A program made the position numbers and the translations under genes. Source: a virus. From it: a DNA stretch of 64,000 nucleotides. How positions within the stretch are numbered: position 1 is the stretch's first letter; the number at the start of each line of letters is the position of its first letter. Shown here piece after piece: positions 48,962-59,305 of this stretch. The stretch covers positions 14,251 to 78,250 of the IMG/VR virus record IMGVR_UViG_3300009593_000015; one strand, written 5' to 3'. The notes beneath the pieces are model-generated. The model worked only from the letters and a program-made list of their open reading frames with translations, did no database searches and was not told the origin of the DNA.

Positions 48962-51900
48962 ATGAGATTTGCTCATATTGCGGATACACACATCCGAAAT
49001 CTAAAATATCACTTCGAATACAAAGAAGTATTCAAACAATTATATAAATCACTAAAAGAAGAGAAAGTAGACTACATTATCCACTGCGGAGACATCGCGC
49101 ACACCAAGACACAAATCTCTCCAGAGTTTGTGGATATGTGCAGAGACTTCTTTCAAAACCTTGCGGCCATTGCACCAACCTATATCATCCTAGGTAATCA
49201 CGACGGCAACCTTCGCAACGGCTCTAGGCAAGACGCTCTTTCGCCTATTGCAAAGGCAATCAGTGACCCAAACCTCATCCTGTTGAAAAACGCCGGCGAG
49301 ACAAAAATTAACGACAAGTTTTGTTTAAATGTTTTATCTGTATTTGATGAGGAAAACTGGACTGAACCAACAGACTACAGCCTAATTAACATAGCATTAT
49401 ATCACGGCGCTATTGATAAATCTAAAACAGACAGCAACTGGACACTAGGCGGCGACCATAGTATCGAAATTTTTGAAGAGTTTGATTTTGCTTTTCTTGG
49501 GGACATACACAAAACACAACAACTAGATAAGGAAGGTCGAATCTGGTATGCTGGTTCCACAGTTCAACAAAATTTTGGTGAGTCACTGGACAAGGGCTAC
49601 CTCCTATGGGATATTGAAGATAGGGATAATTTTTCCAACAGGCTCATTACCTTTAATAATCCAAAACCTTTCATTACTCTTACTTTAAGCGAGAAGGGTA
49701 ACTTACCCAGGCATAAACCACCAGAAGGGGCCCGCCTCAGAATTGTATCAGAAAGTAATGTATCATTAGACAAAGTGCGAAAAGCAGTTGATATTGCAAA
49801 ATTCAAATACAATCCTGAATCAGTAACTTATCTTAACAGGGCAGCCGGCAAACAAATTAAGGTCGCTGCCCCTGAAGGTTTAGAAAAGCAAGACTTACGG
49901 GATTTAAAGACTCAAGAGACTCTGATGGCTGAGTATTTAAAAGAATACGAAGCATCACCAGAGGTACTTGAAAGGGTTTACGAATTAAATAAAGAGTTTA
50001 ATAAACAAATCGAAGAGAACGAAGACGTCATGAGAAATGTTAACTGGTCCCTGCAGAATTTAGAGTGGGATAATCTTTTTAACTATGCGGAAGGCAACTC
50101 TATTGATTTTACTAAGCTTGAAGGGATTGTTGGCATCTTTGGAAAGAATTACTCAGGCAAGTCTTCTATTGTAGATACTTTGCTTTATTCTATGTACAAC
50201 TCTACTTCTAAATCTATTCGAAAGAACCTAAATATTATTAATCAAAATAAGGATGAATGCACCGCGACAGCAACAATCAAAATAGACGGAACAAACTACA
50301 TCATTGAGCGCAAGTCAAACAAATACATAAAGCGCTTAAAAGGGGTTGAAACCCAAGAAGCAACAACTGACCTAGAATTCTATTCAGAAGATACTATAGG
50401 TAACCACACAGGCTTAAATGGTACATCAAGGCAAGACACAGACAAAAACGTGAGAAAATACTTTGGAACTCTTCCAGACTTTCTAGCAACATCTATGGCT
50501 TCTCAGTTGGATTCTTTGTCATTTATTAATGAGGGTTCGACCAAGAGGAAAGAGTTTCTTGCAAAGTTTTTGGATCTAGAGATTTTTGATAAGAAATTCA
50601 AAATGGCAAAAGAAGCTTCAGCTGAAATAAAGGTAGCTTTGAAGCGCCTAGAGGGTATTGACTTTAACACAAACATCAAAACAATCAAATCAGAAATCAC
50701 AAGAGGTGAAATTGCTATTGAAAAAAACAAGGCAATTTGTGCTTCTTTGAAAGAAGAATTATCTACATTAGAGGATGGGGTTTTAAATTTAAAAGAAAAA
50801 ATCGATTCAGTTCCAGCTGAAATTATTGATCCGGTCATGACGGCTCAGAAAATTTCGAAAAAAGAAAAAACCATTCTCGAAATAAATGCAAGAAAAACTG
50901 AAGCACAAAAAAACATCAGCGAAAACAAAGCAAAGTATCAAAAAATTGAAGATTTCTTAAAAGATTTTGAAATTGAAAAATATAAAAAGAAGAAGGATTC
51001 ATTTGCAGAAACCAAAGAAGAAATAAACAGCTTAATAGTAAAATTAAGAACCTTGTCAGAACAAAAAACTTTACTTGTTATTGAGCAGGGCAAATTATGT
51101 AGCAGTTGCATTCCATTAATTGGCTCGACCGTCGACGAAAAATCAGGAGAGATAGCTTCAGTGTCCAAACAAATCAATGCAATCGGCCAAGCACACTCGC
51201 ACGAGGAACAAAGAAAAGTAAGCGACTATATAGATAACTATAATTCTCTAATTGAAAAAAGAGATAACTTAGCCAATTCTATAACAACCAGTAGCCTGAT
51301 CATCGAGCGCGCCGACAGTTTGTTGTTCAAAGAGCAGGTTGAATTAGATGCTCTAAGAGGTAAAGCAACAGAATATGAAGATAATAGAGACGCAATTGAG
51401 AATCTAAAGCAACTTATAGCAAATAAAGACTCGCTAAAAAGAGACGTTAAAGACAAGGAGTGTGAATTAACTAATTGCAATCAAAAAATTATGCAACTTC
51501 ATAAAAAGCATGGCTCTTCTGAGCAAAAACTACTACACCTACAACAACAGCACAAAGAATTTCAACAATTAGAACAGGACTTTGCTGCATATCATCTTTT
51601 CATGGTATGTTGTCATCCTAACGGAGTCTCTTATGAAATTATTAAGGAAAGATTGCCTTACATAAACCAAGAGATTTCAAAGATTTTAACAAACATTGTT
51701 GATTTCGAAGTGTTTATTTCCAACAATGAGGACAAGCTTGATATTTTTATCAAACACCCAAGCCATGATCCTCGGCCACTAGAAATGGGTTCCGGAGCGG
51801 AAAAGACAATCGCCAGCATGGCCATCAGGCTAGCGTTCTTAACAGTGTCAAGTTTACCAAAGTCTGATCTATTTATATTAGACGAGCCAGGGACTGCTCT

Positions 51901-52060
51901 CGATGAAGAAAATATGGAAGGTTTTGTGCGCATACTGGATATGATAAAGGGGTATTTCAAAACAGTGCTCCTTATTTCACATTTAGATAGCCTTAAAGAT
52001 TGTGTAGACATGCAAATCAATATCGAGAAAAGAAATGGTTACGCATACGTGAATATTTAG
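48962..52060 (+). CDS. fused Mre11/SbcD nuclease - Rad50/SbcC ATPase (gp47-gp46-like)
   Basis: ADTH, GD, GNHD, HG and GDIH phosphoesterase motifs; Walker A GKNYSGKS, CSSC hook, GSGAEK signature, ILDEP, ISH. Confidence 0.9.
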   Translation: MRFAHIADTHIRNLKYHFEYKEVFKQLYKSLKEEKVDYIIHCGDIAHTKTQISPEFVDMCRDFFQNLAAIAPTYIILGNHDGNLRNGSRQDALSPIAKAISDPNLILLKNAGETKINDKFCLNVLSVFDEENWTEPTDYSLINIALYHGAIDKSKTDSNWTLGGDHSIEIFEEFDFAFLGDIHKTQQLDKEGRIWYAGSTVQQNFGESLDKGYLLWDIEDRDNFSNRLITFNNPKPFITLTLSEKGNLPRHKPPEGARLRIVSESNVSLDKVRKAVDIAKFKYNPESVTYLNRAAGKQIKVAAPEGLEKQDLRDLKTQETLMAEYLKEYEASPEVLERVYELNKEFNKQIEENEDVMRNVNWSLQNLEWDNLFNYAEGNSIDFTKLEGIVGIFGKNYSGKSSIVDTLLYSMYNSTSKSIRKNLNIINQNKDECTATATIKIDGTNYIIERKSNKYIKRLKGVETQEATTDLEFYSEDTIGNHTGLNGTSRQDTDKNVRKYFGTLPDFLATSMASQLDSLSFINEGSTKRKEFLAKFLDLEIFDKKFKMAKEASAEIKVALKRLEGIDFNTNIKTIKSEITRGEIAIEKNKAICASLKEELSTLEDGVLNLKEKIDSVPAEIIDPVMTAQKISKKEKTILEINARKTEAQKNISENKAKYQKIEDFLKDFEIEKYKKKKDSFAETKEEINSLIVKLRTLSEQKTLLVIEQGKLCSSCIPLIGSTVDEKSGEIASVSKQINAIGQAHSHEEQRKVSDYIDNYNSLIEKRDNLANSITTSSLIIERADSLLFKEQVELDALRGKATEYEDNRDAIENLKQLIANKDSLKRDVKDKECELTNCNQKIMQLHKKHGSSEQKLLHLQQQHKEFQQLEQDFAAYHLFMVCCHPNGVSYEIIKERLPYINQEISKILTNIVDFEVFISNNEDKLDIFIKHPSHDPRPLEMGSGAEKTIASMAIRLAFLTVSSLPKSDLFILDEPGTALDEENMEGFVRILDMIKGYFKTVLLISHLDSLKDCVDMQINIEKRNGYAYVNI

Positions 52061-52073
52061 GATAGGAGGATTT

Positions 52074-52280
52074 ATGGTGGCACAAATAAAAGCATTCGCT
52101 GACAAATATACAGAAAAATTTATATCAAGAAAATTCTTGGCATGGTTGACAGCCACAGCACTGTGTGCATACGGAACTGTAACTAGCGATAATTGGACAG
52201 CAATTACATTAGCGTATATTGGAACGCAAGCTCTAGTAGACATGGCGGTTCAATGGAAACATGGACCCACAAGCCTATGA
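52074..52280 (+). CDS. putative holin
   Basis: 68 aa with SRKF followed by two hydrophobic segments; AGGAGG RBS. Confidence 0.55.
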   Translation: MVAQIKAFADKYTEKFISRKFLAWLTATALCAYGTVTSDNWTAITLAYIGTQALVDMAVQWKHGPTSL

Positions 52281-52681
52281 CTTGGATACTTTTTAAGTCT
52301 TCGGTTTCAAAATTGTGGATATGGCTTAAGGAACACTGGCAGTTACCCTTTCTATTCGTATGGACTGTTTTTGTTTATATCTTTACAAGAAGGAATACAG
52401 ATGCTGTTGTCGAAGTTTTGAACGCGAAAAAGAAATCTTATGAAAAGCAAATAAAAGAGTTAAAAAATAGGCACAAAAATGAGATCATAGAGAGAGATAA
52501 TTTGATAAAACAATATCACAAAACCGTCGACGCAATAGAAAAGAAATATAAAGAACAAGAGAGAATTTTGTCCTCGCGAGAGAAAAAGAGAATAAAAGAG
52601 ATAGTAAAAAAATCGAAAGGAGAACCCAGTGTTATTAAGACAGAGATTGAAAAAAGCTTTGGCTTTGTTTATGTTGATTAG
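52277..52681 (+). CDS. putative inner-membrane spanin-like protein
   Basis: N-terminal TM helix then a charged coiled coil; ATGA overlap with the holin. Confidence 0.45.
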   Translation: MTWILFKSSVSKLWIWLKEHWQLPFLFVWTVFVYIFTRRNTDAVVEVLNAKKKSYEKQIKELKNRHKNEIIERDNLIKQYHKTVDAIEKKYKEQERILSSREKKRIKEIVKKSKGEPSVIKTEIEKSFGFVYVD

Positions 52682-53081
52682 TTTCGCACCAACTGTTATA
52701 TATGCACAAGAAGACTCGGGTAAATTTGCTAGAGTTTTAAAAGAGACTCCGGCTCCTTTTGACGCTTGGTGTTTTGACGACACCGCTATGGCAAAGATTC
52801 AAGCGTCTGCAGAATTTGAGGAAGAAAGGTGCCAGCTCAAGATTCGGAGCCTAGTTGAAAAGGAGAGGGCAGCACACTCACTAGAAGTTGATAACCTCCA
52901 GCTAAGACTCGCTACCACGCAGGAAGAGGCAAAAAACATTATATCGATAAAAAACGATGAAATAGCGTTATTGGAGAAAGCAGCTCTCAAGAGGCCAAAC
53001 GATTATGTATTCTGGTGGGCCACTGGCGGATTCATAACTGGCGCCGCAACTGTTTTGGGAATATTTTTTTTGGTTAAGTAA
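52629..53081 (+). CDS. exported coiled-coil protein with C-terminal TM helix (spanin-like partner)
   Basis: signal peptide RQRLKKALALFMLISFAPTVIYA, coiled coil, C-terminal WWATGGFITGAATVLGIFFLV. Confidence 0.45.
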   Translation: MLLRQRLKKALALFMLISFAPTVIYAQEDSGKFARVLKETPAPFDAWCFDDTAMAKIQASAEFEEERCQLKIRSLVEKERAAHSLEVDNLQLRLATTQEEAKNIISIKNDEIALLEKAALKRPNDYVFWWATGGFITGAATVLGIFFLVK

Positions 53082-53453
53082 ATGAAAGAGCAAGATTTAA
53101 ACCATATAGCAAAATTAGAAAAAGCAATAAAAGAAAAATATGGTGACGAAGCAATACGGAACCCCAAGAGTGGCTGGGATAAAGAAAAAGAAAAGAAATA
53201 TTTGAAAGACTTAAAGTCTTTTTACGAAAAGATAAAGAAAACAAAAGAAGTAGAAAACCATGGAGGTTTTCTACTGAAGGATTCGACAAAACAATCAAAA
53301 GAAAGTAGGATTTGTCCTGAGTGTGACTCATACTCTTTCGATTTAAGAGATGATATCTACATGATAAAGTTTAAATGCTGCCTCCAGTGTTATGTTAAAT
53401 ATGTTCATGGGCGCGAAGAACGATGGAATTCCGGCTGGAGACCGGATAGCTGA
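53082..53453 (+). CDS. hypothetical zinc-binding phage protein
   Basis: CPEC and CCLQC pairs, C-terminal GWRP. Confidence 0.55.
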   Translation: MKEQDLNHIAKLEKAIKEKYGDEAIRNPKSGWDKEKEKKYLKDLKSFYEKIKKTKEVENHGGFLLKDSTKQSKESRICPECDSYSFDLRDDIYMIKFKCCLQCYVKYVHGREERWNSGWRPDS

Positions 53454-53460
53454 CTAATTA
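53453..53460 (+). promoter_or_regulatory. putative late promoter ACTAATTA
   Basis: recurrent motif upstream of 53502 and TerL. Confidence 0.55.
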
Positions 53461-53501
53461 CTACTAGTAAGGCAATTACTACACAAAGAGGAAATTATAC
53501 A

Positions 53502-54011
53502 ATGACAACAACTTTAGAGATTATAAATGGCATTTCGCAAGTTCTGGCCAATACTTACGATGGAGCTCTCGACGAGAGCGGCGAGCCTATAAAAATAGGT
53601 CTTCGTAGGGAAGAGGGTAATCCCCTTGTCGACCCAAGAATAATAGACGGCTTCGGAGCGCACATCTCAGGAGATAGATTACATATTAAATATCACGCAG
53701 AAATACCTCTCAAAGAGGTTCACTCTAACGGATTTGAATCCGAAATGGAGATTATGGTGGAGAAAGTGAGGTCCTTTATTCAAAAAGAATACAACAAAAT
53801 AATGAAGTCTTCGATTTCTTTGACGGACCCAAGTGAAGTGGATGTTCTTGTGGAATATGTTTCTAGAATAAGAACGAGCGTCAAAGTTCACAAGTGTTAC
53901 AAGATCAGTGGAGTTCAATCTGAGCCCAACGATCAAGGGATCGAAGGAAAAGAAATTGATCCAGAAATTGATAAAGCGATTAAGCTCGGCGGCTGGCGAG
54001 GTTCCAAATAA
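53502..54011 (+). CDS. hypothetical phage protein upstream of TerL
   Basis: 169-aa ORF with GAGG RBS and late-promoter motif. Confidence 0.55.
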   Translation: MTTTLEIINGISQVLANTYDGALDESGEPIKIGLRREEGNPLVDPRIIDGFGAHISGDRLHIKYHAEIPLKEVHSNGFESEMEIMVEKVRSFIQKEYNKIMKSSISLTDPSEVDVLVEYVSRIRTSVKVHKCYKISGVQSEPNDQGIEGKEIDPEIDKAIKLGGWRGSK

Positions 54012-54030
54012 ATAAGGTAATAGGGCCACC

Positions 54031-55617
54031 ATGCCAATAAAACTCACCAAACAAGAAGTGATGAAAGAGATCGTCCGATGCGGCAAGAAGCCAAATTATT
54101 TCATCAACACATACGCTAAAATAACGCACCCTCTAGAGGGATTGATTCCTTTTCATTTATATGATTTTCAAGAGGGGTTGCTAGAAAGTTTTGAAGATCA
54201 CCGATTTAACGTGATATTGAAAGCAAGACAATTAGGCATCTCCACAATTACTGCTGCTTATGTTGCATGGATGATGATGTTTCATAGAGAAAAGAATGTT
54301 TTAGTTATTGCAACAAAATTTAATACTGCAGCAAATTTAGTAAAAAAAGTAAAAGCAATAATAAAAAATCTACCGGATTGGCTCAAAATCTCGACGGTCG
54401 ATATAGATAACAGAACTTCGTTTGTGTTATCTAACGGGTCTCAAATCAAAGCTTCTTCAACATCTGGTGACGCCGGCCGTTCTGAAGCGTTGTCCCTCCT
54501 TGTGATAGACGAAGCAGCACATGTAGACGGCTTAGACGAGTTGTGGATGGGTCTGTACCCGACATTGTCGACTGGTGGCCGCTGTATCGCTCTTTCGACA
54601 CCTAACGGTGTAGGGAATTGGTTTCACAAGATATATACAGAGTCCGAAAGTAAATCAAACAACTTTCACAACACGAAGTTACCTTGGGACGTCCACCCTG
54701 ATAGAGACGAGCAGTGGTTTGAGAAAGAAACAAGAAACATGTCAAAGAGAGAAATAGCTCAGGAGCTTCAATGTAATTTCAACATGTCGGGAGAAACAGT
54801 TTTCGACAGTCAGGATCTTAAGAAATTTTATGACATGTCAAAGGATCCTAAATATAGAACCGGTTTCGATAGAAATCTTTGGATCTGGGAAGAGGCGTCA
54901 AATCAACAGAACTACCTAGTTTCAGCCGATGTAGCAAGAGGGGATGGTAAGGACTATTCCGTTTGTCATGTTTTTAGGATAGATAATATGGAAATTGTCG
55001 CAGAATACCAGGGCAAATGCACCCCTGACGTGTTCTCTAGGGTTCTTTTTGATGTTAGTAAGGAGTACAATAATGCTCTTTTGGTGGTAGAAAACAATTC
55101 TGTAGGGTACGCTGTTTTAGATAAGTTAAAAGAGATGCAATATCCTAATCTTTACCACTCAGTAAAATCAACACACGAGTATGTAGAAGAGTATCGCGCA
55201 GAACAGATGTCAAACGCAATCCCGGGTTTTTCAATGACCTCTAAAACTAGGCCCCTGATAATAGCGAAACTAGAAGAATTTATAAGAAACAATCTAATTA
55301 AGATATATTCTCAAAGGCTCTTATCGGAAATGAAGACCTTTGTATGGAAAAATGGAAGAGCAGAAGCAATGAGATCTTATAATGACGATCTAATAATTTC
55401 GTGCGCGGTTGCATGTTGGGTTAGAGACACTGCACTCTCTGCCCTCGACAGGGATTCACAGTACGCAAAAGCCTTTATAGGATCGATAACCAAAGGGACA
55501 AGCGAGTTGGATACAAGAATCACAGGAATGATAGGCACCAGAAATATGAAAATGAATGAACAGCTTAACAAGCAACAAGCGGCCCATGCAGAATTTCCAT
55601 GGCTGTTTAAAGGATAA
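54031..55617 (+). CDS. terL: terminase large subunit (T4 gp17-like)
   Basis: LKARQLGIST Walker A, LLVIDEAA Walker B, STPNG, ADVARGDGKDYS, VENN and DDL nuclease motifs. Confidence 0.95.
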   Translation: MPIKLTKQEVMKEIVRCGKKPNYFINTYAKITHPLEGLIPFHLYDFQEGLLESFEDHRFNVILKARQLGISTITAAYVAWMMMFHREKNVLVIATKFNTAANLVKKVKAIIKNLPDWLKISTVDIDNRTSFVLSNGSQIKASSTSGDAGRSEALSLLVIDEAAHVDGLDELWMGLYPTLSTGGRCIALSTPNGVGNWFHKIYTESESKSNNFHNTKLPWDVHPDRDEQWFEKETRNMSKREIAQELQCNFNMSGETVFDSQDLKKFYDMSKDPKYRTGFDRNLWIWEEASNQQNYLVSADVARGDGKDYSVCHVFRIDNMEIVAEYQGKCTPDVFSRVLFDVSKEYNNALLVVENNSVGYAVLDKLKEMQYPNLYHSVKSTHEYVEEYRAEQMSNAIPGFSMTSKTRPLIIAKLEEFIRNNLIKIYSQRLLSEMKTFVWKNGRAEAMRSYNDDLIISCAVACWVRDTALSALDRDSQYAKAFIGSITKGTSELDTRITGMIGTRNMKMNEQLNKQQAAHAEFPWLFKG

Positions 55618-55622
55618 AGAAT

Positions 55623-57623
55623 ATGGCAAAACAAAACAAGAACAACACAAGAAACCCACAAAGTGTTTTATTTAGAAGATTAACAAAACTATTATCTGGC
55701 CCTTTGACGCAATATCGTACGCAAAATAGTCACAGGCTAAAAAGAATAGATTTAGATAAGTACGCAAACAATTTCACATCAGCTTCGGGTAGGGACTTTA
55801 AGAAGACAGCTTATAATCCATACGATAATTTGCAAGCCGCATACATGACCTCCCAGCAGAGAACAGAAAGATATGTCGATTTCGACCAAATGGAATACAC
55901 ACCAGAGATTGCTTCTGCTTTAGATATTTACGCGGATGAGATGACTACGTTTTCGTCATTAAAGCCAATGCTATCGGTGGATTGTGAAAATGAGGAGATC
56001 AAGGCTATTTTGGAATCCCTATATAGCAGTGTTTTGAACATAGAACATAATATGTTTTCTTGGTGTAGAACCATGTGCAAGTATGGTGATTATTTTTTAT
56101 ATTTAGATATTGATGACACTCTTGGTGTCACGTCGGTCATAGGCTTACCTACTCGCGAAATCGAGCGCCTGGAAGGGGAAGATAAGAGTAATCCCAACTA
56201 TGTACAGTACCAGTGGAACTCAGCCGGCTTGACGTTTGAAAATTGGCAGGTGGCGCACTTTAGAGTTTTAGGGCAAGACAAATACAATCCGTATGGAACC
56301 TCGGTACTTGAACCCGCGCGCCGAATATGGCGCCAGCTGACTCTCCTAGAAGATGCTATGATGGCCTACCGCATTGTAAGATCTCCTGAGCGTAGAGCTT
56401 TTTATATTGATGTGGGAAACATCCCACCTCAAGACGTTGAGCAATATATGCAAAAAGTAATGACCACCATGAAAAGGAATCAAGTTGTTGATTCTGAAAC
56501 AGGAAGAGTCGACTTAAGATACAATCCCTTGTCAATAGAAGAAGACTATTTTATCCCTGTTAGAGGTCAGAGTAATACAAAAATAGAAGCCGTCTCCGGT
56601 GGAAAATATACAGGAGACATAGAAGACGTAAAATATCTGAGAGATAAATTGTTCTCGGCATTGAAAATTCCAGCAGCTTACATATCTTCAGACTCTGAAA
56701 AGGGAGCATCCGAGGATACAACAACTTTGGCTCAGAAAGATATAAGATTCTCAAGAACAATTCAGCGTTTGCAGAGATCTATGTTGAGCGAGATAGAGAA
56801 AATAGGAATAGTTCACCTTTACACGTTAGGGTACAGGGACGAAGATCTGGTCTCTTTCAGATGTACATTAAATAATCCATCAAAAATTTCTGAAATGCAG
56901 GAGCTTGAATACTGGAAAACTAAGTTTGATATCGTCGGCGCCGCCACTGAAGGGTTTTTCTCGAAACAGTGGTTAGCAAAAAAACTTTTCGGAATGTCAG
57001 ACGACGAGTTCATTCGCAACCGAAGAGAAATGTTTTATGATAAACGCTACGAAGCAGCACTTGAAACGGCTGGCGAGGCCGAACAAGCAGCTCAGACAGC
57101 TAATCTCAACGCTGGGCCAGACGCGCTCCCTGGAGGAGACATGGGAGAGCCCGGAGGGATGGGTACCGTTGGACCAGAGCCGGAACTTGGGGCCCCAGGA
57201 GATGACATGGGCGGAGATCTCGGCGGCGGTGATGCCGACGCCCCTGCAGGGCCCGAAGAAGGCGACCTCCTAGCGGCACCTCCAGGAAAGAGAGAAGATT
57301 CTGAAGGTAGAACCACTACTGAAAAGTCTCATGGATGGTATGAACCTAGGCACTTATTTCCAGGAGGTGATAGAAGAAAATCTTCCGGACCGCGGAAAAA
57401 AAATATGAACCGCGCTGCCAGCCCAGAAACCGGTACGACTAGAAAGCTATATCCAGGATATAGCGAACTTACTGGTTTGGCAAAGGGAACGAGTGTTTAT
57501 GAGAATCAAAAGACTAATTATAAAGTAGAAGAACATAAAATTCTAAAAGAACAAAAAGAGCTTGACGCTCTTTTCAAGAGCCTTAAGGCAAGGAAAGAAA
57601 AAGATGAGACTGAAGCACAATAA
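55623..57623 (+). CDS. portal protein (T4 gp20-like)
   Basis: EIASALDIYADE, QLTLLEDAMMAYRIVRSPERRAFYIDVGN, EDYFIPVR and DVKYLRDKLFSALKIP. Confidence 0.93.
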   Translation: MAKQNKNNTRNPQSVLFRRLTKLLSGPLTQYRTQNSHRLKRIDLDKYANNFTSASGRDFKKTAYNPYDNLQAAYMTSQQRTERYVDFDQMEYTPEIASALDIYADEMTTFSSLKPMLSVDCENEEIKAILESLYSSVLNIEHNMFSWCRTMCKYGDYFLYLDIDDTLGVTSVIGLPTREIERLEGEDKSNPNYVQYQWNSAGLTFENWQVAHFRVLGQDKYNPYGTSVLEPARRIWRQLTLLEDAMMAYRIVRSPERRAFYIDVGNIPPQDVEQYMQKVMTTMKRNQVVDSETGRVDLRYNPLSIEEDYFIPVRGQSNTKIEAVSGGKYTGDIEDVKYLRDKLFSALKIPAAYISSDSEKGASEDTTTLAQKDIRFSRTIQRLQRSMLSEIEKIGIVHLYTLGYRDEDLVSFRCTLNNPSKISEMQELEYWKTKFDIVGAATEGFFSKQWLAKKLFGMSDDEFIRNRREMFYDKRYEAALETAGEAEQAAQTANLNAGPDALPGGDMGEPGGMGTVGPEPELGAPGDDMGGDLGGGDADAPAGPEEGDLLAAPPGKREDSEGRTTTEKSHGWYEPRHLFPGGDRRKSSGPRKKNMNRAASPETGTTRKLYPGYSELTGLAKGTSVYENQKTNYKVEEHKILKEQKELDALFKSLKARKEKDETEAQ

Positions 57624-58437
57624 GAAGAGAAACACGGCCTTTGTTTATGAGGCACTAGTCAGGGAACTTACGGAATCAGTTGTTAAGAACAACAAAAATA
57701 AACAGAATAAGATAGTTTCAATAATAAAGGAGCATTTTCCGACTAATTCGATTTTAAAAGAAGAGCTGGAGCTTTATAAATCAATTTATGAGACAAAGTC
57801 CATCCAAAAGCACACAGCAGAAAAGATCGTTTTCGAAGTCAAAACAAAGAGAGACAAATTGGACAAAAAAAAATTGTTTCAAGAACAATCGGCACTAATA
57901 AACAAGATCAACAAGACTCTATCGGCAAAGCTATATAGCAACTTCGTGCCAAACTACAAAACAATTGCTTCCGTCTATTCTATTTTTCAAGATACGCTGC
58001 CAATAAAGGATAGGGTCTTGCTTGAGGAAAATATCGTAGACCAGATGTCGTCTTCAATAGGGGATATAAATGACAGAAAGCAGCCAATAGATTCGCTTAC
58101 ATACAAAACATTTGTAGAAAAGTTTAATAAAGAATACTCAGATGCTTTGAATTTTGAGCAAAAAAAGGTCTTAAGTCATTATATTTCTTCTTTTGTGGAT
58201 AACGGAATCGAATTCAAAGCGGTCTTGAACGAGGAGATCGGGGAAATAAAAGATCAGATAAAGAAATTCAAGGTCAAAAAGAGTCTTTCCGAAGACGAAA
58301 CGCTTAAAAATAAATTGGAAAAAGTTTATAATATATTGGATAATGTGAAAACACGGGAACCCGATCTAGAAGTCGTAGAGATGGTACTTAACGCACAGCA
58401 ATTAGTGGAAGAGTTGAATAATAGCGATGAGCATTAA
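57604..58437 (+). CDS. head-module hypothetical protein
   Basis: KHNKKRNT..YEAL.RE and VPNYK..ASVY; lies between portal and protease. Confidence 0.6.
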   Translation: MRLKHNKKRNTAFVYEALVRELTESVVKNNKNKQNKIVSIIKEHFPTNSILKEELELYKSIYETKSIQKHTAEKIVFEVKTKRDKLDKKKLFQEQSALINKINKTLSAKLYSNFVPNYKTIASVYSIFQDTLPIKDRVLLEENIVDQMSSSIGDINDRKQPIDSLTYKTFVEKFNKEYSDALNFEQKKVLSHYISSFVDNGIEFKAVLNEEIGEIKDQIKKFKVKKSLSEDETLKNKLEKVYNILDNVKTREPDLEVVEMVLNAQQLVEELNNSDEH

Positions 58438-58969
58438 AGCAAAAATAGAACTCGACCCGCGGGTCAAGCTGAAAGCTAGGAGAACCTTGGATGGGAACAT
58501 CCTAATCCTTGACCATGAGGATATCGATATTTTTTTCATGCCGGAAAAGAATAAATGTATAACGTTCCCAAAAGAATCTATGAGTGACAAGGTTTATTCA
58601 GCTCAGGACAGAATGTTTCACTTTTTAGCCAAAAAGGGAATCGTCGACCGGTCGACTGTGAAGGGTGGAAACGTTTTCGGAGCGCTCGAAGCAGATATTA
58701 TGGAATCTAAAATCCCAGGAATTGATCAGACACATGCATTCCTATATGTACTACAAGAATACTTAACAGATGAGAGGCCTTACTTCAAGTCTTCGGAGGA
58801 ATATGATGAAGAGCGCCTAGACAATCTATTAAGACCTTCAGAGGAAGATTCAACAGAACTTGGAGACGTCCCACAGTCAGACAAGAAGGGCTCAATGACT
58901 AAACAAATTGGACCTTATGGATATCAATATAATTATTCTCTCGTACGCGAGAGTGAAAGCGAGGACTGA
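58427..58969 (+). CDS. hypothetical head-module protein
   Basis: 180-aa ORF overlapping both neighbours. Confidence 0.55.
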   Translation: MSIKAKIELDPRVKLKARRTLDGNILILDHEDIDIFFMPEKNKCITFPKESMSDKVYSAQDRMFHFLAKKGIVDRSTVKGGNVFGALEADIMESKIPGIDQTHAFLYVLQEYLTDERPYFKSSEEYDEERLDNLLRPSEEDSTELGDVPQSDKKGSMTKQIGPYGYQYNYSLVRESESED

Positions 58970-59292
58970 TGTCGTTTATATGGTTTTGCCTTATTTCTTT
59001 TGGCTTAACACAAATCCTAGTTTATGGAAAAATTTTTGAACCAATAAGACCAAAAGAGGGCTGGTTTGGGCAATTATTCAGTTGTCCAATGTGTACTGGT
59101 TTTTGGACAGGTTTATTTTTGTGGTTCGTAAAGGATTATACACAACTATTTATTTTTGACGATTCTTTTGTGACAGCGTTCTTATTAGGTTGCGCTTCAT
59201 CAGCAGCGGCCTATTTAGGAAGTATGTTTATAGGGGATGACGGAATTAAAATGGAGAAAATAATTTATCACTACAATGTTAGCGATGAATGA
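58969..59292 (+). CDS. DUF1360-like membrane protein with CxxC
   Basis: three hydrophobic segments and LFSCPMCTGFW. Confidence 0.6.
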   Translation: MSFIWFCLISFGLTQILVYGKIFEPIRPKEGWFGQLFSCPMCTGFWTGLFLWFVKDYTQLFIFDDSFVTAFLLGCASSAAAYLGSMFIGDDGIKMEKIIYHYNVSDE

Positions 59293-59305
59293 GAGGGAAA
59301 ATAAA

